From the IMG/VR virus record IMGVR_UViG_2579779116_000010, positions 1 through 10,740 of that record: 10,740 bases of DNA. One strand, written 5' to 3'. Positions 1-6,057 of the stretch are shown here, piece by piece. Every line of letters begins with the position of its first letter. The stretch's first letter is position 1. Source of the DNA: a virus. Taxonomy: Duplodnaviria > Heunggongvirae > Uroviricota > Caudoviricetes. The notes under the pieces are model-generated. The model did no database searches. It was given only the letters and a program-made list of their open reading frames with translations, and was not told the DNA's origin. The position numbers and the translations under genes were made by a program.

Positions 1-332
1 TCCCCGCCCCATTCGATGGCAGTTCCCAGCTCTGCGGCAGCCTGCTTAAATGCCTGCGCGATTTTCTCGTACAGAGGCCAGTCCCATGACACCTGGCTGC
101 CAACCCAGGCCACAACATCCACCGCATCACCGGTCAGGTGGCGGCTGTTCATGGTCTGGCTCTTGCCTTCTGCAACCAGCTGTTTCTGGCGTTCTTTCGT
201 GCGCAGGCCTTCCGTAATACCGAAATCAACCTCCGTCAGCTCCAGCGCACGGCGAACGACAGCAACCAGCTGTGGTTTAACGCCCTCCAGATTTTTCTCG
301 CTCCGACGACTGAATCTGAATTTACCCGACAT
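1..332 (-). CDS. Endolysin, peptidase M15 family (L-Ala-D-Glu / VanY-type peptidase), 5' part only; continues beyond the window start
   Basis: Minus-strand ORF with ATG at 330-332 and SD GAGGTG about 5 nt upstream, open to the window edge (so absent from the ORF track). Translation MSGKFRFSRRSEKNLEGVKPQLVAVVRRALELTEVDFGITEGLRTKERQKQLVAEGKSQTMNSRHLTGDAVDVVAW... contains the S-x-H-x3-D-x2-D zinc-site signature typical of M15 peptidases. It directly follows two membrane-protein genes. Confidence 0.7.
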   Translation of the reverse strand, partial: MSGKFRFSRRSEKNLEGVKPQLVAVVRRALELTEVDFGITEGLRTKERQKQLVAEGKSQTMNSRHLTGDAVDVVAWVGSQVSWDWPLYEKIAQAFKQAAAELGTAIEWGG

Positions 333-334
333 AT

Positions 335-610
335 TCACCTCAACAATGGAAAGATTTTTGTGACGTTCCCGCGTGCGCGTATCACCAGCACGCAGAACAG
401 CAGATTAAAAAACACTTCCAGCCAGCCCGTTGCTAACGGGCGACCACACAGATAGCTGAGGGGCGCAAAGGCATACAGCAGCATCAGCAGCCAGGCCAGC
501 CATGACATCAGCGGTTTGTGCGTGGCATCTTTTCGGCGATAAAAAAAGAACGTCAGCACGATAACCGTGCATAACGCCACATTCAGCAATCCGGGAAGGT
601 TACTTAACAT
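335..610 (-). CDS. Small membrane protein of the lysis cassette (putative holin or antiholin), 91 aa
   Basis: ORF-track ORF 335..610. ATG at 608-610 preceded by GGAGG about 7 nt upstream. Two to three hydrophobic helices (LPGLLNVALCTVIVLTFFFY, WLAWLLMLLYAFAPLSYL, WLEVFFNLLFCVLVI). Its start overlaps the stop of the upstream membrane-protein gene and its stop lies 2 nt before the endolysin start. Family not recognised. Confidence 0.5.
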   Translation of the reverse strand: MLSNLPGLLNVALCTVIVLTFFFYRRKDATHKPLMSWLAWLLMLLYAFAPLSYLCGRPLATGWLEVFFNLLFCVLVIRARGNVTKIFPLLR

Positions 611-992
611 TGCCGCCTCCTCCGCCCCTCAGGCGGGAGAACAGGCCGGACACCAGTGATGCGATATCCTGCTGGTGGATGAATGACAGAATCTTCACTG
701 ACACCACCGATACCAGCACCGCACACAGCGCATCTGCCGATGTACCGTCATACCCTGTTTTTGATGTAATCCAGGCTGACAGTACACGTGCTCCCAGCAC
801 GCCGACGATAAACGACACCAGAAAATGCGCCGCCACACGCCAGGCGGAAATCTTCTGCGGCACAGTTGCCACAAACAAAGCCCCCGCGAACGCACCAAAC
901 ACAATCCCGAAATCCGTTCCGGTGAACAGCCCGAATACCGTCGCCCCTCCGAGCGCAGCCGCCGTGCCGGAACCGGATAAGGGTTCAGACAT
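600..992 (-). CDS. Gly/Ala-rich multi-helix membrane protein, putative holin, 130 aa
   Basis: Part of ORF-track ORF 600..1064, re-started at the internal ATG 990-992 (MSEPLSGSG...) because it has AGGAG 8 nt upstream and a minus-strand terminator at 1012-1033 lies inside the longer ORF. Gly/Ala-rich transmembrane segments (GGATVFGLFTGTDFGIVFGAFAGALFVA, AHFLVSFIVGVLGARVLSAWI, ALCAVLVSVVSVKILSFI). First gene of the lysis cassette. Confidence 0.5.
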   Translation of the reverse strand: MSEPLSGSGTAAALGGATVFGLFTGTDFGIVFGAFAGALFVATVPQKISAWRVAAHFLVSFIVGVLGARVLSAWITSKTGYDGTSADALCAVLVSVVSVKILSFIHQQDIASLVSGLFSRLRGGGGGNVK

Positions 993-1011
993 ACTTTTTT
1001 CTCCTGTAAAT

Positions 1012-1033
1012 AAAAAAGGGCCACCAGCGGCCC
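1012..1033 (-). terminator. Intrinsic terminator-like hairpin immediately upstream of the holin-like gene
   Basis: Plus strand aaaaaa GGGCC accagc GGCCC (1012-1033). On the minus strand this reads as a 5-bp GC stem followed by T6. Confidence 0.4.
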
Positions 1034-1161
1034 GTAAAAAACACCCCGTCAAAAGCACCGGCATCCGCAGATGCCCTTTGCGTGGCGTTATTTGATGCGC
1101 GCCAGATGTGGCGCAAAGAAATGAAATAAGACTTATCGGAAATTAAGGTTAATTTGAGGAT

Positions 1162-1189
1162 TTGAACCACTTATGAAGCTTAGTAGAAT
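1162..1189 (+). promoter_or_regulatory. Candidate sigma-70 promoter (TTGAAC-N16-TAGAAT) for a plus-strand small transcript
   Basis: TTGAAC at 1162-1167, 16-nt spacer, TAGAAT at 1184-1189. Lies about 120-150 nt upstream of the plus-strand terminator at 1311-1343. No ORF with an RBS follows. Confidence 0.3.
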
Positions 1190-1195
1190 GAACAT

Positions 1196-1343
1196 GTCCC
1201 CGGAAGGGGCCAATACTTATTATTCTTCATGGACTTTGTCCCGCGGTCTTAATCCGACGACCACGCTACTTTTCACCCTCTCGCAAATTGCTATCTAAAG
1301 AACGTTGTCCCACGAGTATTCCTGGATGCTCGTGTCTTTTTTT
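1196..1343 (+). ncRNA. Candidate small RNA (about 150 nt) between promoter-like element and intrinsic terminator
   Basis: Predicted transcript from about 1196 to the terminator at 1311-1343. Has a 5'-proximal GC hairpin (CCCCGGAAGGGG, about 1197-1210). The only internal ORF (34 codons) lacks an SD. Identified from signals only, not homology. Confidence 0.25.
1311..1343 (+). terminator. Intrinsic terminator, plus strand
   Basis: CACGAG (1311-1316), 12-nt loop, CTCGTG (1329-1334), then TCTTTTTTT (1335-1343). Confidence 0.45.
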
Positions 1344-1356
1344 GTCCTGAGAAAGG

Positions 1357-1385
1357 AATAAAAAAAACCGCCAGATATGGCGGTT
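1357..1385 (-). terminator. Strong intrinsic terminator, minus strand
   Basis: Minus strand reads AACCGCCA-tatc-TGGCGGTT followed by a run of about 9 T (plus-strand A-run 1357-1367, stem 1366-1385). Convergent with the plus-strand terminator 12 nt away. Confidence 0.6.
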
Positions 1386-2319
1386 GGTCAATGCAAGGGA
1401 TGAATTTTTTAATTGTTATTAAACCGAGGCGCCGGGTGCCTCCCGAAGTATTCCGTGCTGTATGGATACTGTGGTTTCCCGCTAAACCGACTCTATAAAC
1501 CACCCTCGCGCTGAGGAACGCCCCAATTCATGTTTTTCAACACAGAGAAGCGCATCACTGGTTACTCAACGCTAAATCCGGCTTCCTGTCGTGGGCAATG
1601 CGCCATTTCTGTGTCATAAAAAAATACAGCACTGAATCCGTAACCGATCTCCATTACAGAATGAGGCCCAACAAAGGAATTAACGAGATCTGTTCCTCAC
1701 AAAAAACGCCAGTGCTGTAAAAACTCATCAAAGAACAATGAATGTGCGGAGAACAGGAATCGAACCAGTATCACTAACCTAAAAGGCTGAAGTAATAGCC
1801 ACTGTACGATACCTGTATATAGAGCGGGCCTCCGTAACCACAGTAATGATACTATAACAATATGATTAAACGGATGCCAGCAATGACCCGCGAGGCAGCT
1901 GGTCATGCGCCAGCGAACACAGACTCGCTGCCTTTTGGGTCGGGAGTAATATTACCGATAAATCATATGACATCAAAAAATAATTGGTTTTAAGATTTTA
2001 ATATGTGTATAAATATGTATCAGATAAATACAAATTATTTTATTTCATCCAGAATTCTGATTTTACGCAAGAGATTGCTAAAAAATAACACAAACATGAT
2101 CGGTTTGGGAACAAACCAATTCCGTTGTCGCAATAAATAACAGGAAATACTCCGGGCACAACGGAGCGCAAGAATTACATCAGCAGTGGTTTTTGTAACG
2201 TTTAACGTTAATTGTATCGTTGATAGAAAAGCTTTGACGCAATATAGTGAACTAACAGGGCCTGACGAATAGCCCTATTACGCCGAGCTAATAGCGCTGC
2301 CAGCTAAACTTGCATGGAA

Positions 2320-2396
2320 TGGTCCGCCACCGAGGACTCGAACCTCGCACCATCAACTTAGAAGGTTGATGCTCTATCCCGATGAGCTAGTGGCGG
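2320..2396 (-). tRNA. tRNA-Arg, anticodon UCU (reads AGA), 77 nt with encoded CCA
   Basis: Reverse complement CCGCCAC-TA-GCTC-ATCGGGATA-GAGC-A-TCAAC-CTTCTAA-GTTGA-TGGTG-CGAGG-TTCGAGT-CCTCG-GTGGCGG-A-CCA folds as a cloverleaf: 7-bp acceptor stem, D stem GCTC/GAGC, anticodon loop CU-UCU-AA, T loop TTCGAGT. Resembles E. coli argU and the argN-type tRNA of lambdoid/Stx phages. Confidence 0.85.
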
Positions 2397-2397
2397 T

Positions 2398-2473
2398 TGG
2401 TGGCCCTTGCTGGATTTGAACCAGCGACCTGGCGATTATGAGTCGCTCGCTCTCACCACTGAGCTAAAGGGCC
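2398..2473 (-). tRNA. tRNA-Ile2 (anticodon CAU, lysidine type; formally Met-like), 76 nt with encoded CCA
   Basis: Reverse complement GGCCCTTTAGCTCAGTGGTGAGAGCGAGCGACTCATAATCGCCAGGTCGCTGGTTCAAATCCAGCAAGGGCCACCA. Cloverleaf with anticodon loop CT-CAT-AA. Very close to my recollection of E. coli ileX/ileY; corresponds to ileZ of lambdoid phages. Separated from tRNA-Arg by 1 nt. Confidence 0.85.
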
Positions 2474-2590
2474 GGGCGCAGGATAATAACGTTACAAAAT
2501 CAATGTTGCAAGCATTCAAAAATCACCTGGTTAAAAATCCCCCTTACTTCCTCCACCAGCGCATTCACCATGTCTATCCGAGATAAGTGG

Positions 2591-2630
2591 CACAAAAAAC
2601 CCGCATTTGGGCGGGTTTTGTTTGCTTTTG
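2591..2630. terminator. Bidirectional intrinsic terminator; on the minus strand the tR'-like terminator of the late leader
   Basis: AACCCGC (2598-2604), loop atttgg, GCGGGTT (2611-2617). T-rich tract follows on the plus strand (2618-2630) and an A-run precedes it (2591-2598), which reads as T-run on the minus strand. Confidence 0.6.
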
Positions 2631-2670
2631 CCATCACGTACAAAATCGGCAAAATATCAGATTTGCATGA

Positions 2671-2699
2671 AATATATGCCTTTCAATCTACTTTTGCAA
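2671..2699 (-). promoter_or_regulatory. pR'-like late promoter (TTGCAA-N17-TATATT) overlapping the 3' end of the Q-like gene
   Basis: Minus strand -35 TTGCAA (plus 2694-2699), 17-nt spacer, -10 TATATT (plus 2671-2676). Predicted start near 2664, about 70 nt upstream of the tR'-like terminator. This matches the lambda Q/pR'/tR' arrangement. Confidence 0.45.
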
Positions 2700-3372
2700 C
2701 ACTTTGCTTTGAAAATGCCGCCTTTTGTTTTGAACGCGTTCTCATTACAAACAATAAAGCCCCACTATCCAGTCGGTAAAAAATGTGTTTCATTGCAACC
2801 CAGTGACGAGTAAATGTTTTGGACCAGTTTTTAGTTGTCACTCCCGCCAGTAATGCCAGCTCCTGGTATTCATAACCTTCCCCACCAAAAAGTTCTGCTT
2901 TTACTGCCTGCGCCGCCAGCCAGATTAATTTTTTCAGGCGTTCCTGCGTTTTCCCTGCAATTTTTCTGGTACCGGATTGAGTATTAAATTCATTCCACGC
3001 CCACTGTGTTATCGCGATCTGATATTCCCAACAAATACTCCCGCTGTAACACCACAACAACCAGGCTTTATGATGTTCTTCAAGAGACAGAACAGCCCGC
3101 CGCCACGATGATGTCGAAAACTCAACCGGACTGACCAGAGGAATTGACGTCCCCTTCGCCAGCGATTGTTTCCCCGGGATTGGTGGATTATCCCGCGTAA
3201 TCATTTTTCCGGTCACTTCATCTCGGTACCGGATTTTTTTACGCCTGTAACGCCCTGTATCAAACATGGCATTCTCCTGCCAGGCTTCAAGCTGACCTTT
3301 TGTTGCCCCACTCAAATCAGCGGTGGCGATAATGAGCTGCTCACGCACAAACTGTAAATACTGGTTATTCAT
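2683..3372 (-). CDS. Putative late-gene antiterminator (Q-like), 229 aa
   Basis: ORF-track ORF 2683..3378, trimmed to the ATG at 3370-3372, which overlaps the rusA stop as ATGA. Assigned by position only: directly downstream of rusA and directly upstream of the pR'/tR' module and phage tRNAs. I could not confirm family membership from the sequence. Confidence 0.5.
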   Translation of the reverse strand: MNNQYLQFVREQLIIATADLSGATKGQLEAWQENAMFDTGRYRRKKIRYRDEVTGKMITRDNPPIPGKQSLAKGTSIPLVSPVEFSTSSWRRAVLSLEEHHKAWLLWCYSGSICWEYQIAITQWAWNEFNTQSGTRKIAGKTQERLKKLIWLAAQAVKAELFGGEGYEYQELALLAGVTTKNWSKTFTRHWVAMKHIFYRLDSGALLFVMRTRSKQKAAFSKQSVAKVD

Positions 3373-3734
3373 GCGCACTCCAGTTCTGTGATTTTTATCC
3401 CCAGCCGCCCACCAGGAACGAGCTGACCGCGCACAATATTGATTTCATCAAACTGCTCGTCGTCTATAAGTAGTCCGGCATGCGTCAGCGCATCCAGTGG
3501 TGCCTTCAGGATATTGTCCAGGTCGCGGCGGCGCTTATCCGGTGGCTCCGCAATAATCTTTATCGCCAGCCTTCCGGACAGGTTTAATTTCAACCGCTGC
3601 TGGCGAACAATAAGCGCCACATCACGGCGATAACGCTCACCGGCTTTTGATACAAAATATGTGCTGCCACGACGTCGCCAGTAAGTGTTCACCGTTGGCG
3701 GGTAAGGCAAAACAAATTCTATGCGTTCAGTCAT
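3369..3734 (-). CDS. rusA: Holliday-junction resolvase RusA (crossover junction endodeoxyribonuclease), 121 aa
   Basis: ORF-track ORF 3369..3734. MTERIEFVLPYPPTVNTYWRRRGSTYFVSKAGERYRRDVA...PDKRRRDLDNILKAPLDALTHAGLLIDDEQ...GGRLGIKITE aligns motif by motif with E. coli RusA as I recall it (LPxPPSxNxYY, PDRRRRDLDN, DALT, DD, GGRL, ITE), including the catalytic Asp cluster. Confidence 0.85.
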   Translation of the reverse strand: MTERIEFVLPYPPTVNTYWRRRGSTYFVSKAGERYRRDVALIVRQQRLKLNLSGRLAIKIIAEPPDKRRRDLDNILKAPLDALTHAGLLIDDEQFDEINIVRGQLVPGGRLGIKITELECA

Positions 3735-4793
3735 TCATGCTTTCCACTTCAGGACACCCGAATTTCTCGCGTGCATTAAAAAACGAATCAGCAACAACAG
3801 CTGGCTGCCGTGTTTTTCTTCAAAATCTTTTACCCCGGCGTGCAGTTCGTTATGACATTTACGGCACAGCGGAATAACAAACAAATCATCAGCCTTTGTT
3901 CCCATCCCTCCCAGTCCATGACCAATGATGTGATGCGGATCATCTGCCTGATTACCGCACGTCATGCATTTCTGCGTTTTTACCCAGCGCGTGTATACAG
4001 GCATCTCTTCCCGTTGTGGTTTCTGGCGCTGGAGATACTGAGTCGGTGACTCCGGATCAACAGCAATGCTGACCACCGTCTTTTCCTGTGGCGGGTTCTG
4101 TTGCTGGTGGGCGTGAGGCAGCGGCGCAAGATTTTTTGTGCGCTGTTTCAGTATGCTGGTGGCGGTCTGCTCTCCCGGTACGATGTCGCTTTCACGGTAC
4201 ATTGAGCGGATTTTTTCCGCACGCAACCCCAGCGAACGACGTAATACCACTTCCGGTAGCGCGTCCGCCACCTGATTGCGGACCGCCCACCAGGATAATT
4301 CAGCCAGAGATAATTCACGCTCCTGCGTACCGCTTATTGCGTGACCGATGACGTCAATCATCCATGCTGACAGGTTTTGATGAGCAAGTTGCTCGAGTGA
4401 TTCGGATGTCTGGTCACGCAGCTGGTTGTCGCAGTGCCAGCACAACACCATTGCGCCGGTACCATAACGGTGAATAACGGTTTCGCTGTGATGATAATCG
4501 CCGTGTGGCCACTGGCAGGATTTAACATGACGCAGGAGCCAGTCAGACAGTGCACCAGCGCCGCCGGCAGCACGAATCACCCGCTCATCGCTGAAAAATG
4601 GCAGCAGAGATTTGTCTTCTGCCAGCGGCTGGCGAACGGCAGGAACGACCCCGGACGGCAGACCGCGCATGCTTTTTGGCTCCGGTTCAACCAGCACTCT
4701 GCCGTTATGGAATACCTGCATGGATTCACGACCTGGCTTAAGGACCACCAGCCCGAGTTCCGGTACCGGAACAGGTCGAAGTAATACGCGCAC
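3735..4793 (-). CDS. ydfU: DUF968-type protein with C-terminal HNH-like zinc-finger motif (YdfU-like), 352 aa, GTG start
   Basis: ORF-track ORF 3735..4793. GTG start with GGAG 5 nt upstream. C-terminus CMTCGNQADDPHHIIGHGLGG...IPLCRKCHNELH has a CxxC...HH...CxxCH pattern. The size and its position between a small ORF and the nin/Q region match my recollection of Qin ydfU; the gene symbol is by synteny only. Confidence 0.6.
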   Translation of the reverse strand: MRVLLRPVPVPELGLVVLKPGRESMQVFHNGRVLVEPEPKSMRGLPSGVVPAVRQPLAEDKSLLPFFSDERVIRAAGGAGALSDWLLRHVKSCQWPHGDYHHSETVIHRYGTGAMVLCWHCDNQLRDQTSESLEQLAHQNLSAWMIDVIGHAISGTQERELSLAELSWWAVRNQVADALPEVVLRRSLGLRAEKIRSMYRESDIVPGEQTATSILKQRTKNLAPLPHAHQQQNPPQEKTVVSIAVDPESPTQYLQRQKPQREEMPVYTRWVKTQKCMTCGNQADDPHHIIGHGLGGMGTKADDLFVIPLCRKCHNELHAGVKDFEEKHGSQLLLLIRFLMHARNSGVLKWKA

Positions 4794-4794
4794 G

Positions 4795-5067
4795 TTATCT
4801 CCAGATTCGTTGCTGGAATGTGCGGGACGGGCGTGGTGGGCGTTCGGAATAAGGGAGCCTGACGTAGATTATCCAGTGACGATAATCGAGGCTGAGAGCT
4901 TTCCTAAACTCATACCCACGTCTGCGGTAGTTATGAATCAGCCATTCGGCCTGTTCTTCAGTGCAGGGGTCATGCTGGTACCAGTCACATTTGAATGTGT
5001 GAGGGCGCCGCCCGTGCCCGCTGGCAAGGTCGGTATCAGAATTGTGATGTTTGGTATTGTGCGCCAT
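4795..5067 (-). CDS. Hypothetical protein, about 90 aa, in the position that rem occupies in Qin
   Basis: ORF-track ORF 4795..5148 uses a TTG start that lies inside the terminator at 5138-5165, so I shortened it to the first ATG (5065-5067, MAHNTKHH...). SD is weak (AGAGA). The stop abuts the GTG start of the DUF968 gene. No recognisable motif. Confidence 0.35.
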   Translation of the reverse strand: MAHNTKHHNSDTDLASGHGRRPHTFKCDWYQHDPCTEEQAEWLIHNYRRRGYEFRKALSLDYRHWIIYVRLPYSERPPRPSRTFQQRIWR

Positions 5068-5137
5068 CGGTTGTCTCTGCTGGCGCAGCAGGTGCCAGTT
5101 GTTCAGGCTGGCATGCGTATTGTAAACCAGAATGCCA

Positions 5138-5165
5138 GAAAAAAACAAAACCCGCCGAAGCGGGT
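5138..5165 (-). terminator. Intrinsic terminator downstream of the lipoprotein gene
   Basis: Minus strand reads ACCCGC-TTCG-GCGGG-TTTTGTTTTTTT (plus 5139-5165): 5-bp GC stem, UUCG tetraloop, T-rich tail. Confidence 0.6.
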
Positions 5166-5294
5166 ATGCTAAAACAAACTGAAGGTAATATGCCGGACTT
5201 GTAAAGGAACGATAGAATAATTATCGGATTAAATCCTGACTCAATCCATAGGGTTTACAGCGTTTTCACTAATAATTTACCGTCCCGCTATACA

Positions 5295-5687
5295 TTACTG
5301 CCCTGTTTTAACGAAGTTTTTAAAGGAAACAACTGCCTGATAGGGGTTTGGTTGACAGCCAAACATATTGTCGCAAAAAGGCTTGATGAAAATTCTTGAG
5401 GATCCATCTTCATTTGGCATTTTACTCACTTGATAAGCGAGGAATGGACTATTTGGAGAGGGATTATAAGTGGAAATTAGCGTGTCTGTCGCCGTTTGAA
5501 TTTTCCATGAGGAATTATTAGCCAACCAGAATTGCGCTCGTTTCCAATAAAAGTCACATTGCTTTTCATCATTACATGTTAGTGGCTTCATTGCTTCTGC
5601 TTTCAACGCTGGATCGACCTTTGCTGCACACCCTCCCAACATTACTGTTGCAATCATTACACCTGCGACTAAAACAAGTTTCTTCAT
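5295..5687 (-). CDS. Lipoprotein, 130 aa (signal peptide with lipobox LGG-C, mature part with four further Cys); moron-like
   Basis: ORF-track ORF 5295..5687. MKKLVLVAGVMIATVMLGGC... is a classic type II signal peptide with lipobox. Visibly more AT-rich than the flanking genes. Bracketed by terminator-like hairpins at 5745-5765 and 5138-5165. No family recognised. Confidence 0.7.
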   Translation of the reverse strand: MKKLVLVAGVMIATVMLGGCAAKVDPALKAEAMKPLTCNDEKQCDFYWKRAQFWLANNSSWKIQTATDTLISTYNPSPNSPFLAYQVSKMPNEDGSSRIFIKPFCDNMFGCQPNPYQAVVSFKNFVKTGQ

Positions 5688-5744
5688 CTCCCTGCCCCAT
5701 CAATAAAAGTTCGGTTCTCTAATAACTAGAGTTAATCAACGGAA

Positions 5745-5765
5745 AAAACGCCGAAGCGGGTTAAG
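5745..5765 (-). terminator. Weak intrinsic terminator-like element downstream of hokD
   Basis: Minus strand CCCGC-TTCG-GCG-TTTTTT (plus 5743-5761): short 3-bp stem with UUCG loop and T6. Shares the exact 13-mer CGCCGAAGCGGGT with the terminator at 5153-5165. Confidence 0.3.
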
Positions 5766-5830
5766 TGCGGGTGCGTTGAGGATGCCTGACACATCAGAGG
5801 TGGCGAGGGATTTCTCCCCCGCCAGGTCTC

Positions 5831-5986
5831 TTACTCCTCAGGTTCGTAAGCTGTGAAGACAGCGACCTCCGTCTGGCCGGTTCGGATTCGTACCTCGCAG
5901 AGGTCTTTCCTCGTTACCAGTGCCGTCACTATGACGGTTAAACAGATGACGATCAGGGCGATTAACATCGCCTTTTGCTGCTTCAT
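5831..5986 (-). CDS. hokD: Hok-family type I toxin HokD (RelF), 51 aa
   Basis: Not in the ORF track (under 60 aa). Reverse complement of 5831-5986 translates to MKQQKAMLIALIVICLTVIVTALVTRKDLCEVRIRTGQTEVAVFTAYEPEE, which matches my recollection of K-12 HokD. It lies directly downstream of relE, as in the relBEF operon. Confidence 0.85.
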   Translation of the reverse strand: MKQQKAMLIALIVICLTVIVTALVTRKDLCEVRIRTGQTEVAVFTAYEPEE

Positions 5987-6057
5987 AGCCTGCTTCTCCT
6001 GTCAACGCAAAGCAGAAGTGTCACCTTCGGTGCGAAACAGAGATGTCATGCTTTGGT

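Noticed and set aside
16-455. Plus-strand ORFs 16..363 (115 aa) and 138..455 (105 aa)
   Set aside because: Antisense to the M15 endolysin gene and the 91-aa membrane-protein gene. No SD. Sequences are low-complexity and Ser/Thr/Arg-rich, typical of the opposite strand of a real gene.
610-1170. ORFs 610..1095 (+, 161 aa), 695..1024 (-, 109 aa), 985..1170 (-, 61 aa), and the long 154-aa form of 600..1064
   Set aside because: Alternative-frame or antisense overlaps of the holin-like gene. The 154-aa form would start upstream of a terminator and lacks an SD, whereas the ATG at 992 has AGGAG 8 nt upstream.
1291-1906. Minus-strand ORFs 1291..1503 (70 aa) and 1697..1906 (69 aa) in the cargo slot
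   Set aside because: No RBS. The first spans the strong terminator at 1357-1385. The second is Trp/Leu-rich with implausible composition and overlaps the tRNA-like remnant.
2570-2813. Plus-strand ORFs 2570..2779 and 2607..2813
   Set aside because: They run across the tR'-like terminator and pR'-like promoter, antisense to the 3' end of the Q-like gene. No SD.
4795-5148. 117-aa form of the small ORF with TTG start at 5148
   Set aside because: The TTG lies inside the intrinsic terminator at 5138-5165. The first ATG (5067) was used instead, at low confidence.
3166-5204. Overlapping ORFs inside or antisense to the Q-like, rusA and DUF968 genes (3166..3357, 3439..3633, 3647..3877, 3810..4049, 4088..4351, 4358..4573, 4434..4784, 4612..5172, 4995..5204)
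   Set aside because: All overlap the well-supported minus-strand genes in other frames or on the opposite strand. None has a convincing RBS or recognisable motif.
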